Below are positions 43,598 to 51,862 of a DNA stretch of 64,000 nucleotides, piece by piece. Source of the stretch: Deferribacterales bacterium (GTDB lineage: Bacteria; Chrysiogenota; Deferribacteres; Deferribacterales; Geovibrionaceae). The position numbers and the translations under genes are program-made. How positions within the stretch are numbered: the first letter of the stretch is position 1; each line of letters opens with the position of its first letter. The notes beneath the pieces are model-generated. The model worked only from the letters and a program-made list of their open reading frames with translations. It was not told the origin of the DNA and made no database searches. The DNA lies in the NCBI GenBank assembly GCA_050251875.1, contig JBFWMA010000001.1, positions 115,230 to 179,229 of the forward strand, read 5' to 3'.

Positions 43598-43628
43598 GCG
43601 CCCTTGTCTTCGGACGGGGCGCTTTTTT
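43598..43628 (+). terminator. Terminator-like hairpin between napA and napD
   Basis: GCGCCCTTGTC-TTCG-GACGGGGCGC-TTTTTT. Confidence 0.75.
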
Positions 43629-43646
43629 CTTTTTAAGGAGATATCA

Positions 43647-43955
43647 ATGATATATTCAGGAAGCGTTGTCTATGTGAATCCGGAAAACTGCGACGCGGTC
43701 AAAGAGACCCTGAAAAGATATGATGAGATAGAGGTTTTCGCGGTTTCGGACGACAGAAAACAGATAGTTGTCGCCATCGAGACTGAGGGCGACAGAGAGC
43801 TGGAAGACCTGTGCCGTGAGCTGAAGGGATATGACGAGATTCTGGAGATTGCCCACCATATATTCCATTTCGAGGAAGAGGTGGAGGAGATTCTTCAGGG
43901 AAGGAAAGTGCCTTCGCTGGACGGTTTTTCCAAAAGCTCAAGAAAAAAGAATTAA
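43647..43955 (+). CDS. napD: Nitrate reductase chaperone
   Basis: MIYSGSVV...EV...IVVAIE pattern; position in operon; start after AAGGAG. Confidence 0.8.
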   Translation: MIYSGSVVYVNPENCDAVKETLKRYDEIEVFAVSDDRKQIVVAIETEGDRELEDLCRELKGYDEILEIAHHIFHFEEEVEEILQGRKVPSLDGFSKSSRKKN

Positions 43956-43973
43956 CAGCGGTTAAACTGTAAT

Positions 43974-44744
43974 ATGAGAAACAAATTTACGGAGCTGTTC
44001 GAGAATCTGCTGAACAGCAACCCGTTTAAGCATTATTTTAAAAAGAACAGACTCCGCCCGCCCGGAGCGGTTGCGGAGGAGATGTTCATGGAGCTGTGCA
44101 TACGGTGCGCCAGATGTATAGAGGTGTGTCCGTATGATTCCATCCGCAGAGCCGACCTGTATGAAAAACTGCAGATAGGCACTCCGTATGTTTTTCCCGA
44201 TGATAAGGCGTGCTACCTTTGCATGCGCTGTATGAAAGTATGTCCCACAGGTGCCCTGAATCCCCGTCTGACGGAGGGGCGTGATGTGCGCATGGGACTG
44301 GCGGTTATCAATCAGGACACCTGTCTTAATTTTAAATATTACAAAGACGAGATGGAGGGCGTATCCATGTCGGGTACCGCTCAGCTTTGCAGTACCTGTT
44401 ACAATGTATGTCCCTACACAGACAGCGCCATTGTGCTGGAAAAATTTATCCTGCCGGTGATAACGGACAAATGCACCGGATGTGGTATCTGCGCCGAAAA
44501 ATGTCCGTCCACGCCGGAGAAATCCATAGTGATATATCCGGAAGGCATGCCCATAGAGGAGAAGGCGGGATTTTACGGACGCAAGCACAGGGTTCAGGCG
44601 AAGGATGAAAACAGACCCGAAGGCGTTCTCCACGGCGAAGAACTGATGGATCAGAAACAAAAAATAGACGGATCGGACGCCAAGCCCGATTTCGAGTACA
44701 ACATGGAACTATACGAAACAAAAGACGAGTGGCAGAATCAATGA
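43974..44744 (+). CDS. napG: Ferredoxin-type protein NapG
   Basis: LRPPGA and four Cys clusters. Confidence 0.88.
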   Translation: MRNKFTELFENLLNSNPFKHYFKKNRLRPPGAVAEEMFMELCIRCARCIEVCPYDSIRRADLYEKLQIGTPYVFPDDKACYLCMRCMKVCPTGALNPRLTEGRDVRMGLAVINQDTCLNFKYYKDEMEGVSMSGTAQLCSTCYNVCPYTDSAIVLEKFILPVITDKCTGCGICAEKCPSTPEKSIVIYPEGMPIEEKAGFYGRKHRVQAKDENRPEGVLHGEELMDQKQKIDGSDAKPDFEYNMELYETKDEWQNQ

Positions 44745-45541
44745 AAATAAAAACATTAAGGCGGATAGCCCAGACAGCCACACTGACAGCGATATTTCTG
44801 ATACCTTTGCTCAATGTTTTTGAGCTTTATTTCATAAAAGGCACTTTTTACTCTATGGATATCGGCGATGCCGCCATAGCCGACCCGCTGGCGGTCTTTC
44901 AGTCCATGCTGGCATCCGGAACGGTCAACCCGTATATGATCGGCTCCCTTATCATCCCCATCGCCCTGATGCTCCTTCTGGGGCGTGTGTGGTGCAGCTG
45001 GTTCTGCCCGTATTATTTTATAGCGGAGATGATGGAAAAGCTGAGAAAAGTGCTTAAGATGAAACCGTTTAAACCGGAATATACCGAAGGCTATCACCAC
45101 AGGCAGGCGAAATACAGATATATCTTTCTGTTCATCGGTCTTCTGGTGATGAGCGTTATAGGCGTTCCGATTCTGAACCTTATATCCGCCCCGGGCATAA
45201 TCAGCTCGCAGGCGCTGGTTCTGGTGAAATTCGGCTATGTCACATTCGAGCTTGTTTTTGTGGCGGTACTTATTTTTCTGGAGCTTTTTTACTATCGCTG
45301 GTGGTGCAGGCTGTTCTGCCCCACGGGAACTTTTTTGTCATTCTTCAGGATGAAGAGAGGAATGACCGTGCGCAAAGTGACTGCGGAATGCAGCAACTGT
45401 CTGACCTGTGTGCGCACATGCCCCATGATGATAAACCCCATGACGATGGGCGAGTCCGGTCACTGCAACAACTGCGGAGACTGTGTGGACGCCTGTCCGG
45501 ACAACAGAAAAAAAGACACGCTGAAATTTACATTCAGATAA
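44741..45541 (+). CDS. napH: Quinol dehydrogenase membrane subunit NapH
   Basis: GRVWCSWFCP, WCRLFCP, two CxxCxxCxxxCP. Confidence 0.88.
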   Translation: MKIKTLRRIAQTATLTAIFLIPLLNVFELYFIKGTFYSMDIGDAAIADPLAVFQSMLASGTVNPYMIGSLIIPIALMLLLGRVWCSWFCPYYFIAEMMEKLRKVLKMKPFKPEYTEGYHHRQAKYRYIFLFIGLLVMSVIGVPILNLISAPGIISSQALVLVKFGYVTFELVFVAVLIFLELFYYRWWCRLFCPTGTFLSFFRMKRGMTVRKVTAECSNCLTCVRTCPMMINPMTMGESGHCNNCGDCVDACPDNRKKDTLKFTFR

Positions 45542-45560
45542 TCATAGGCTATAATTGCCT

Positions 45561-46214
45561 ATGAATAAAACAGATGCTGTAAAACAATTCGCGACCGGAT
45601 TTTTTGGCTCTTCCGACCCTGACCTGATAAAAGTTCTGGAGAATCTCTGCCGCCACAGAACAGTGGACAAAAAGCAGATTCTCTTCATGGAGGGTCAGGA
45701 CGGCACCACCGTATATTTTCTGGTGAAGGGAAGCATAAAACTGTTCCGCACCAATGACGAGGGCAGAGAGGCTGTAGTCCATTTCGTCCATTCCGGCGAA
45801 ATCTTCGCCGAGATTCTCCTTCAGCTCGGGCTGAAATATCCCGTCACGTCCATGACTCTGGAGGAGTGCGAGATTCTGGAGCTGGACGCCATGCGTCTGG
45901 AAGAGATGATTCAGAGCGACCCGAAGGTGTCTATGAGGCTCATCGGAGCTCTGGCGAAAAGGATAAAATATTTTGTCGGTCTGATAGAGAGCCTCACTGT
46001 GAACGATGTGAAAGCCAGACTGTGCAACTGGATGATGAACCAGAAAAAAAAGGAGTCTTCCGTGGTTCGCCTGCCCGTGCCTAAGGGCGAGCTGGCGCTT
46101 CTTCTGGGAACCACCGCCGAGACTTTCTCCCGTGTTCTGAAAAAACTCGCCGATGACGGATATATCGAAGTTCAGGGGCGGGATATCAAAATACTAAAAA
46201 ACCTGACAGATTAA
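45561..46214 (+). CDS. Crp/Fnr-family regulator (HcpR/Dnr-like)
   Basis: cNMP-like domain; recognition helix TAETFSR; no N-terminal FNR Cys cluster. Confidence 0.9.
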   Translation: MNKTDAVKQFATGFFGSSDPDLIKVLENLCRHRTVDKKQILFMEGQDGTTVYFLVKGSIKLFRTNDEGREAVVHFVHSGEIFAEILLQLGLKYPVTSMTLEECEILELDAMRLEEMIQSDPKVSMRLIGALAKRIKYFVGLIESLTVNDVKARLCNWMMNQKKKESSVVRLPVPKGELALLLGTTAETFSRVLKKLADDGYIEVQGRDIKILKNLTD

Positions 46215-46220
46215 TTTTAG

Positions 46221-46352
46221 CGGAAAAAGTTCTTCCTGAACTTTTTCCGATACCGTTACGCTCAGAATAAATCCTCGCTCCACTTACGTTCCGTTCGTTC
46301 ATACAAACAAGATTGTCTTCACTCACTCCACGGACTTCATCCATGATGTTTG
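46221..46352. repeat. Probable family 3 element
   Basis: CGGAAAAAGTT-CTTCCTG-AACTTTTTCCG and a downstream CATCCATG hairpin; layout resembles 32716-32807. Confidence 0.5.
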
Positions 46353-46361
46353 ATGAATAAA

Positions 46362-46422
46362 GTAGGGCGGCATTTTATATGCCGCCGGGTGTTCTTCGGC
46401 GGGGTGTAAAACCCCGCCCTAC
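46362..46422. repeat. GTAG-family REP doublet (REPIN-like), family 4
   Basis: GTAGGGCGGCATTTTATATGCCGCC ... GGCGGGGTGTAAAACCCCGCCCTAC; a single unit recurs at 56439. Confidence 0.8.
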
Positions 46423-46440
46423 AGTTGTATTCGGAATATA

Positions 46441-46469
46441 AAGAAAGGGAAGAACAAGTCTTCCCTTTC
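46441..46469 (-). terminator. Intrinsic terminator, possibly bidirectional
   Basis: GAAAGGGAAGA-acaag-TCTTCCCTTTC. Confidence 0.6.
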
Positions 46470-46620
46470 AGTAGGTTGGGTGTATCTCTATCGGGTTGGG
46501 GAACCCAGAGATGCCAATAACAGGTGCGGAATCCGCTTAAAAAGATAAAACCCCGCAGCGCTCCGTTCTCTTGTATTTTTTAAAAGCAGATGAAGAACGG
46601 AACATTTATGATTGTGTTGG

Positions 46621-46860
46621 TCAATAGTCTATTCCTGCTGCCTGAACATGATCCGGGCTGAAAGCGTGACAGGGTGTCACACCGTAAACCATTCCGCATT
46701 CGCATTTTGCCTCGAATGTATCCATAACAAATTCCTTTCCGCAGTTAGTGCAGTGTATTGTCACAGGAGCGGGCATAGCGCCGCATGAAAATCCCATCAT
46801 TCTGAGTTTGTCCACTACCTGCATACCTGACTGGAATGAACCGCTGCATCCTTCGTGCAT
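46621..46860 (-). CDS. Small Cys/His-rich metal-binding protein
   Basis: AGGAGG RBS; 79 aa with CTNC, CEC, PCH. Confidence 0.8.
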   Translation of the reverse strand: MHEGCSGSFQSGMQVVDKLRMMGFSCGAMPAPVTIHCTNCGKEFVMDTFEAKCECGMVYGVTPCHAFSPDHVQAAGIDY

Positions 46861-46913
46861 GGTGTCCTCCTTTGTTGTTTTTTCATATAATATGCAGAAA
46901 AAGTGAAAAAAAA

Positions 46914-46927
46914 TTGATATCAGTCAA
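46914..46927. promoter_or_regulatory. FNR/HcpR-type box
   Basis: TTGAT-ATCA-GTCAA, upstream of a minus-strand TATTAT -10 at 46887-46892. Confidence 0.7.
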
Positions 46928-47288
46928 AAATGAGCGAAAAAATAGTCCAGAACCAGATCAGCCCTGTGATGATGAAGCTGACAAACACCAGGGCGCTTCC
47001 GGCGTCTTTTGCCGCCTTCGCCTTGGGGTCATATTTCATGGTGACTAGATCCACCGTCCGTTCGATTGCGCTGTTGGCGAGCTCCGCCGCCAGAGGAATC
47101 AGCATGGATGTGGACAGGATGCCTTTGTAAAGGAAAGGAACGGGCGAAAACCCGATGCAGACGAGAAGAACCAGAAATATATAAACCTCTATGCGAAACG
47201 AGCTCTCATTGCGGAAAACCTCAAGGAGCCCGTGTAACGCATAGGAAAAATTCTTTAAAATGTGAAACTTATGTTTATTCAGCATCAT
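46920..47288 (-). CDS. dgkA: Diacylglycerol kinase
   Basis: E.SFRIE, ELANSAIERTVD, AKDAGS. Confidence 0.92.
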   Translation of the reverse strand: MMLNKHKFHILKNFSYALHGLLEVFRNESSFRIEVYIFLVLLVCIGFSPVPFLYKGILSTSMLIPLAAELANSAIERTVDLVTMKYDPKAKAAKDAGSALVFVSFIITGLIWFWTIFSLIFD

Positions 47289-47339
47289 GTCCGATTATAT
47301 CAGCATAATGTCAATAAGTTGATAAGTTTATCTCAGAAA

Positions 47340-48173
47340 TTATTTATTCAGCCTGTCCACGTTGATGAAGGGCATAGCGCCGCCTGTGTATTGGGGCAGG
47401 TGACCGTCCCACTTCTCTATGGCTTTTGACTGCATCTCGATTTCACGCAGACGGATCAGCTCGGTGGTTACGTTGGTTTTCTGAAGTCTCAGAGACTCCG
47501 CTTCCGCCTGTGCCTGAGCTATTTTCTGTTCGGCTTCAATTTTTATTCTTTCGAGGTCGCGCTGAGCCTTGATGGCGAGCTGTTCAGCTGTCTGTTTCGC
47601 CTCGATGGCGTCTGTGAATACTTTTGAAAAGCTGAAATCAACGATGGAGAAATCGTCAACAATAATGCTGAAAGCCGCCAGACGCTCTTTCAGAAGCATT
47701 TTGATGTTGTTTTTCACGTCTTCCCTGCGGGTTATCAGCTCGCTCGCTGTATATTTCGCTGTGACCGCCTTCATAACTTCTCTGACAGAAGGGTCTATCA
47801 CACGGGACTCGAAATCGAGACCGATGGTTTTGTAGAGCACGTCCACCTGTTCCGGATTGACGTGATAGTTCACCGCCATTGTGGCTGTTACGTCCTGAAG
47901 GTCTTTGGACGCTGCGCTGGTGTCTATCTGACCTTTTTTGATTTTGGTATCTATCAGGATAATTTTCTGAGCGAAGGGGATTTTGAATTTTAATCCTTCT
48001 CCCAGAACAACATCGCTCGGTTTTCCGAATGTCAGCAGAACTCCTCTGTAGCCCGCCGGAATGATTTTGTAGGAGGCGAAAGCGCCCATAGCCACTATCA
48101 GCGCTATGATGAAAAAAGATGATCCGAGAAACGCCAGCCTCTGCGAATTCTTATAGTTGTTGTTTTCTGCCAT
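47340..48173 (-). CDS. SPFH/prohibitin family protein
   Basis: N-terminal TM, SKDLQ, AIEAKQ, KWDG.LP; start after AAGGAAGG. Confidence 0.9.
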   Translation of the reverse strand: MAENNNYKNSQRLAFLGSSFFIIALIVAMGAFASYKIIPAGYRGVLLTFGKPSDVVLGEGLKFKIPFAQKIILIDTKIKKGQIDTSAASKDLQDVTATMAVNYHVNPEQVDVLYKTIGLDFESRVIDPSVREVMKAVTAKYTASELITRREDVKNNIKMLLKERLAAFSIIVDDFSIVDFSFSKVFTDAIEAKQTAEQLAIKAQRDLERIKIEAEQKIAQAQAEAESLRLQKTNVTTELIRLREIEMQSKAIEKWDGHLPQYTGGAMPFINVDRLNK

Positions 48174-48230
48174 GATACCTTCCTTAGTTTTTTTACATAA
48201 TAGACTATACCGCCAGAGCCGCAACAAAAA

Positions 48231-50339
48231 TCAGAATAATCCGTCCAGTCCCAGAGTCCGGGTGAAGTTCCAGAGGTTCATGAAGAAGGCGTCAAACCTG
48301 CTCCACTCCGCCTGTTTCTCCTCTCTTTGCCAGAAATAGAGGTCACTGACCGGGTACAGATATCCGAACGAATATGATGTGTGGGTGTCGGTGTTCCTAG
48401 CTATGAGGGAGATAGGGTACCGATAGTTCATTTCCTGTTTTCTGACTATCTTTTCCGCCTCCTGTCTGGTCTCTTTCGCCAGGGCGAGCTGGCATTTGAA
48501 ATAATACTCGGAGGAATCTTTCAGGTGGATATTCCGGTAGGCTCCCGCCAGAAGGGTGTAGTGTCTGTGTTTCGCCCGCAGAGCGGTGACACGCATGGCG
48601 TTTATTATTTCATATCTGAGTGTGTCTTTCAGAAATATCTTATCCGGCGGCGTCAGTCTCTCTATTTCATCAGTGACCGCATCCAGCCGGGTATAGAACT
48701 CCATCAGCTCTCCCGCCTTCTCCTTCATCCTCTGCCTGTGGGCATTGCCCAGAAAAGGGATCGCCGCCTTAGTAACGGAAAAACCGTCATCCGGCTGAAA
48801 GCTCCGGTTGAAGGGCCAAGGGAGCTCCTCAAAAGGCGTCCTCGCCGCCAGAAGAGGTATCAGGTTCATATCTTTCATGTATTTCTGCTGAATCAGAAAA
48901 GCCTTGTGCCACAGAGCCTTTGATTCTTTCCCGAACAGCTCTGTCAGGACAAAGTCCTCCCCGTTCTCAATTTCTTTTCCGTTGTCGGAATATTTCCAGC
49001 TCCATTTGGCTATGCTGTAATCGGTTATCCAATATCCCCACTCCCACCCGGAGGTGAATGTGACGTGACCGTCTATGCGCTCCGGTTTCAGCAGGCGGAT
49101 GTCGTCATATCTGCTGGTGAGATACGGCAGGAGAAACAGCGGTACGGATGTGTCGAACGTGACCCAGTAGGATGATTCCGGCCAGTACCATGTCTCTCTT
49201 TTGCGTTTCTCTTCTCTCAGTTTTTCCAGCATGAACTTTATGTTGGAATTGCCGTATACCGGAGCCTGTTCCTCATCCAGCGAGTAGAACATCACAGAGT
49301 GGATGAGTATCCCGGTATAGTCCGGAATCCCTGACGGCTTTCTCTTTATGACGTGGGTGTTTTCGAACACCTGCGTATGGTATTTGTCGTGGAGCACGCT
49401 CATCAGATAGTTTTTGCTCTCCGGCAGAATCCGGGCGAGGTCGGGCAGATATTCGCCCATGGTGAAGTCGATGCAGACATAGTCGAAAGGCACCCGCATC
49501 AGCCATGCGCAGTTGTCGTCTATCTGGTCTTTATAAGACCGGATGTTCAGCAGATTTATCATCTGAAAAGCCTTCTGCTGGAGGGTGGACAGGCTGACAA
49601 CCGCCCCCGCCTGAATCCCTCTCTGTCTGGCGTAATTCACATATTCTGAGGCGTACTGCGTCCATGTCTCCCTGTCCGCCGTGCGCAGAACCCAGAACTG
49701 AAACCTGTTCTGACCGTTTCTCACCAGCCAGTCGATATATTCCTTCACCTCCTGCATGCCGAAAGGCACATGGGGGTTGAAGAGCGGCTCTGTGAGCTCT
49801 ATGGGGTGCATGGTGTGCAGGTGGAATCCTCTGGCGTTAAAGACTGGTTCACCTGTGAATGTAAAATTTTTTTCGAGAAACCAGTTTTCGTATATGGGTA
49901 CATAAGTGTTTTTCGGGTGATAGAAGCGGAAGCCCAGCTTTTCTGATAAAAGAGCGTAAAGACCGTAAGTGATTCCCTGTGGAGTGGGGGAGGAGACAAC
50001 AAGCCTTACGCCCTCTTTCGAGGGCGCTGAGCTTATTGAGTAAAATTCTAAAGGAGGTTTGTGAAGCAAAGTATCGTTATCAGCTGTTAGGGTCAGCTGT
50101 ATGTTCACGTTTCCGTGACCGGCGTTGGTTGTCACGACCCATAAAGGAAATGATTGTGTGAGCAAGTCCTTTACATCCGCCAGTGTTATACTGACAGACG
50201 TACTGGGCAGAAGTTCGTTATCCACGGAAAAATTTATTATTTTTTTTTCCGAACAGACTCCGTTATCTGATAAAAACAGCATAAATATAATTAAAATCAA
50301 ATATTTAGCTAATAAAGATTTTTTCAGCATAGAAGGCAT
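48231..50339 (-). CDS. Exported hypothetical protein, possibly glycoside-hydrolase-like
   Basis: Signal peptide; 'GITYGLYALL..LGFRF..P...P.F..RG' resembles the N-terminal domain of GH20/67/115-type enzymes. Confidence 0.6.
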   Translation of the reverse strand: MPSMLKKSLLAKYLILIIFMLFLSDNGVCSEKKIINFSVDNELLPSTSVSITLADVKDLLTQSFPLWVVTTNAGHGNVNIQLTLTADNDTLLHKPPLEFYSISSAPSKEGVRLVVSSPTPQGITYGLYALLSEKLGFRFYHPKNTYVPIYENWFLEKNFTFTGEPVFNARGFHLHTMHPIELTEPLFNPHVPFGMQEVKEYIDWLVRNGQNRFQFWVLRTADRETWTQYASEYVNYARQRGIQAGAVVSLSTLQQKAFQMINLLNIRSYKDQIDDNCAWLMRVPFDYVCIDFTMGEYLPDLARILPESKNYLMSVLHDKYHTQVFENTHVIKRKPSGIPDYTGILIHSVMFYSLDEEQAPVYGNSNIKFMLEKLREEKRKRETWYWPESSYWVTFDTSVPLFLLPYLTSRYDDIRLLKPERIDGHVTFTSGWEWGYWITDYSIAKWSWKYSDNGKEIENGEDFVLTELFGKESKALWHKAFLIQQKYMKDMNLIPLLAARTPFEELPWPFNRSFQPDDGFSVTKAAIPFLGNAHRQRMKEKAGELMEFYTRLDAVTDEIERLTPPDKIFLKDTLRYEIINAMRVTALRAKHRHYTLLAGAYRNIHLKDSSEYYFKCQLALAKETRQEAEKIVRKQEMNYRYPISLIARNTDTHTSYSFGYLYPVSDLYFWQREEKQAEWSRFDAFFMNLWNFTRTLGLDGLF

Positions 50340-50501
50340 TATGCCGGAAGACGGTCAGGAATCTGTCATGAAATATTATGGCAGTTTACAAATATGTTAC
50401 AGTTTTCTGCACTTTTTATTTCCGAAATCCCGTGCTAAATCGGACAAAATTACTATTTTAATTATCAGACATGAAACTATAAGGCTTAAAAGGGTAATAA
50501 A

Positions 50502-51851
50502 ATGAAAAAATACGATATAATCTGCATCGGCACAGGCGGAGCAGGCAACACAGCCTCCGCCAAGCTGGCGAAAGAGGGCAAAAAAGTTCTGATATGCGAC
50601 TATGCCCCTTTCGGCGGAACATGCGCCATATCCGGGTGTGATCCGAAGAAAATAATGATAACAGCGGCGGAATTTTCAGATTTTGCCAGACGGCTGCTGA
50701 AAAATAACGTCATCGGCGAAAAGCCCGTGCTTAGCTGGGCGGACATGATGGCGCATAAAAGAAGGTTTACAGAGGGGCATCCGGCTCATCTGACTCATAA
50801 ATATGATAAACTGGGCATAGACTATGTTTACGGGCGGGCGGAGTTCACCGGAGAACACACGCTGAAGATCGGAGCTGAAGAATATGAATTCGGAAAATGC
50901 CTGATCGGTACGGGGTCTCGTCCTTTTCCTCTTCCTTTTGAGGGTGCTGAATATGTGGCTGATAACTCGGTCTTTCTGGATATGGATGAACTGCCGGACA
51001 GTCTGCTTTTCATCGGCGGCGGATATATCTCTGTGGAGTTCGCCAACATCGCTTCAGCTTTCGGGGCTCACTGCACAATAGTGCAGGCGGACGACAGGCT
51101 TGTCCCCGCTTTCGACAAAGATATCGCTGATGTGATGACAGAATCGCTTAAATCAAAGGGCATGGAGATCATCTGCGGAGCCAAAGTGAAAAAGATAGAG
51201 AAAACGCCGGAAGGTTACAATGTCTGTCTGGCAACGGCGGAGGGTGAGAGAACCATATGCGCCGGACTGCCTGTGCACGGAGCCGGACGAGTGGCGAATC
51301 TGGAAGGGCTGAACCCGGAGAAGGGCAATGTCAGCGTATCCAGACGTGGGGTAGAGGTTAATAAATATATGCAGAGCGTATCGAACCCGGATGTTTTCGC
51401 CGCCGGAGACTGCGCCGACACAGGCGGATATATGCTCTCTCCCGTGGCTTTCATGGAGGGCTATGCGGCAGCGGTGAATATGATGGGCGAAAACGTGATG
51501 ACGCCCGACCACGCAGACAACGCCACCGTTATGTTTAATGTGCCGGCAGTCGCCGCTATCGGTCTCACAGAGACGCAGGCGAAAGAAGCCGGAATCGATT
51601 ACAGCGTGAAATTTAAGCGCACAGAGAGCTGGTTTACCTCTTTCAGGGTTATGGAGGAGTTTTCCGCTTATAAAGTGCTGACAGATAAGAAAACAGGGCT
51701 GATAGTGGGAGCGCATCTGATCGGACCCCATGCGGAGGATGTGATAAATATTTTTGCTGTGGCTATGAAACAGAGGGTGAAGGCGGCTGATCTGAAAAAG
51801 ATAGTCTATGCCTATCCCACAGCCAGCTCAGACATAATACATATGCTGTGA
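50502..51851 (+). CDS. Glutathione-reductase-like pyridine nucleotide-disulfide oxidoreductase
   Basis: GTGGAG, GGTCAISGCDPKK redox disulfide, GGGYIS.E, C-terminal YPT. Confidence 0.88.
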   Translation: MKKYDIICIGTGGAGNTASAKLAKEGKKVLICDYAPFGGTCAISGCDPKKIMITAAEFSDFARRLLKNNVIGEKPVLSWADMMAHKRRFTEGHPAHLTHKYDKLGIDYVYGRAEFTGEHTLKIGAEEYEFGKCLIGTGSRPFPLPFEGAEYVADNSVFLDMDELPDSLLFIGGGYISVEFANIASAFGAHCTIVQADDRLVPAFDKDIADVMTESLKSKGMEIICGAKVKKIEKTPEGYNVCLATAEGERTICAGLPVHGAGRVANLEGLNPEKGNVSVSRRGVEVNKYMQSVSNPDVFAAGDCADTGGYMLSPVAFMEGYAAAVNMMGENVMTPDHADNATVMFNVPAVAAIGLTETQAKEAGIDYSVKFKRTESWFTSFRVMEEFSAYKVLTDKKTGLIVGAHLIGPHAEDVINIFAVAMKQRVKAADLKKIVYAYPTASSDIIHML

Positions 51852-51862
51852 CAGGCTGGTTG

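Noticed and set aside
46215..46620. Possible CRISPR array
   Set aside because: No regularly spaced identical direct repeats and no cas genes in the window
50502..51851. Selenocysteine read-through at the reductase TGA stop
   Set aside because: The protein is already full length for its family and dnaX ends 11 bp downstream on the other strand
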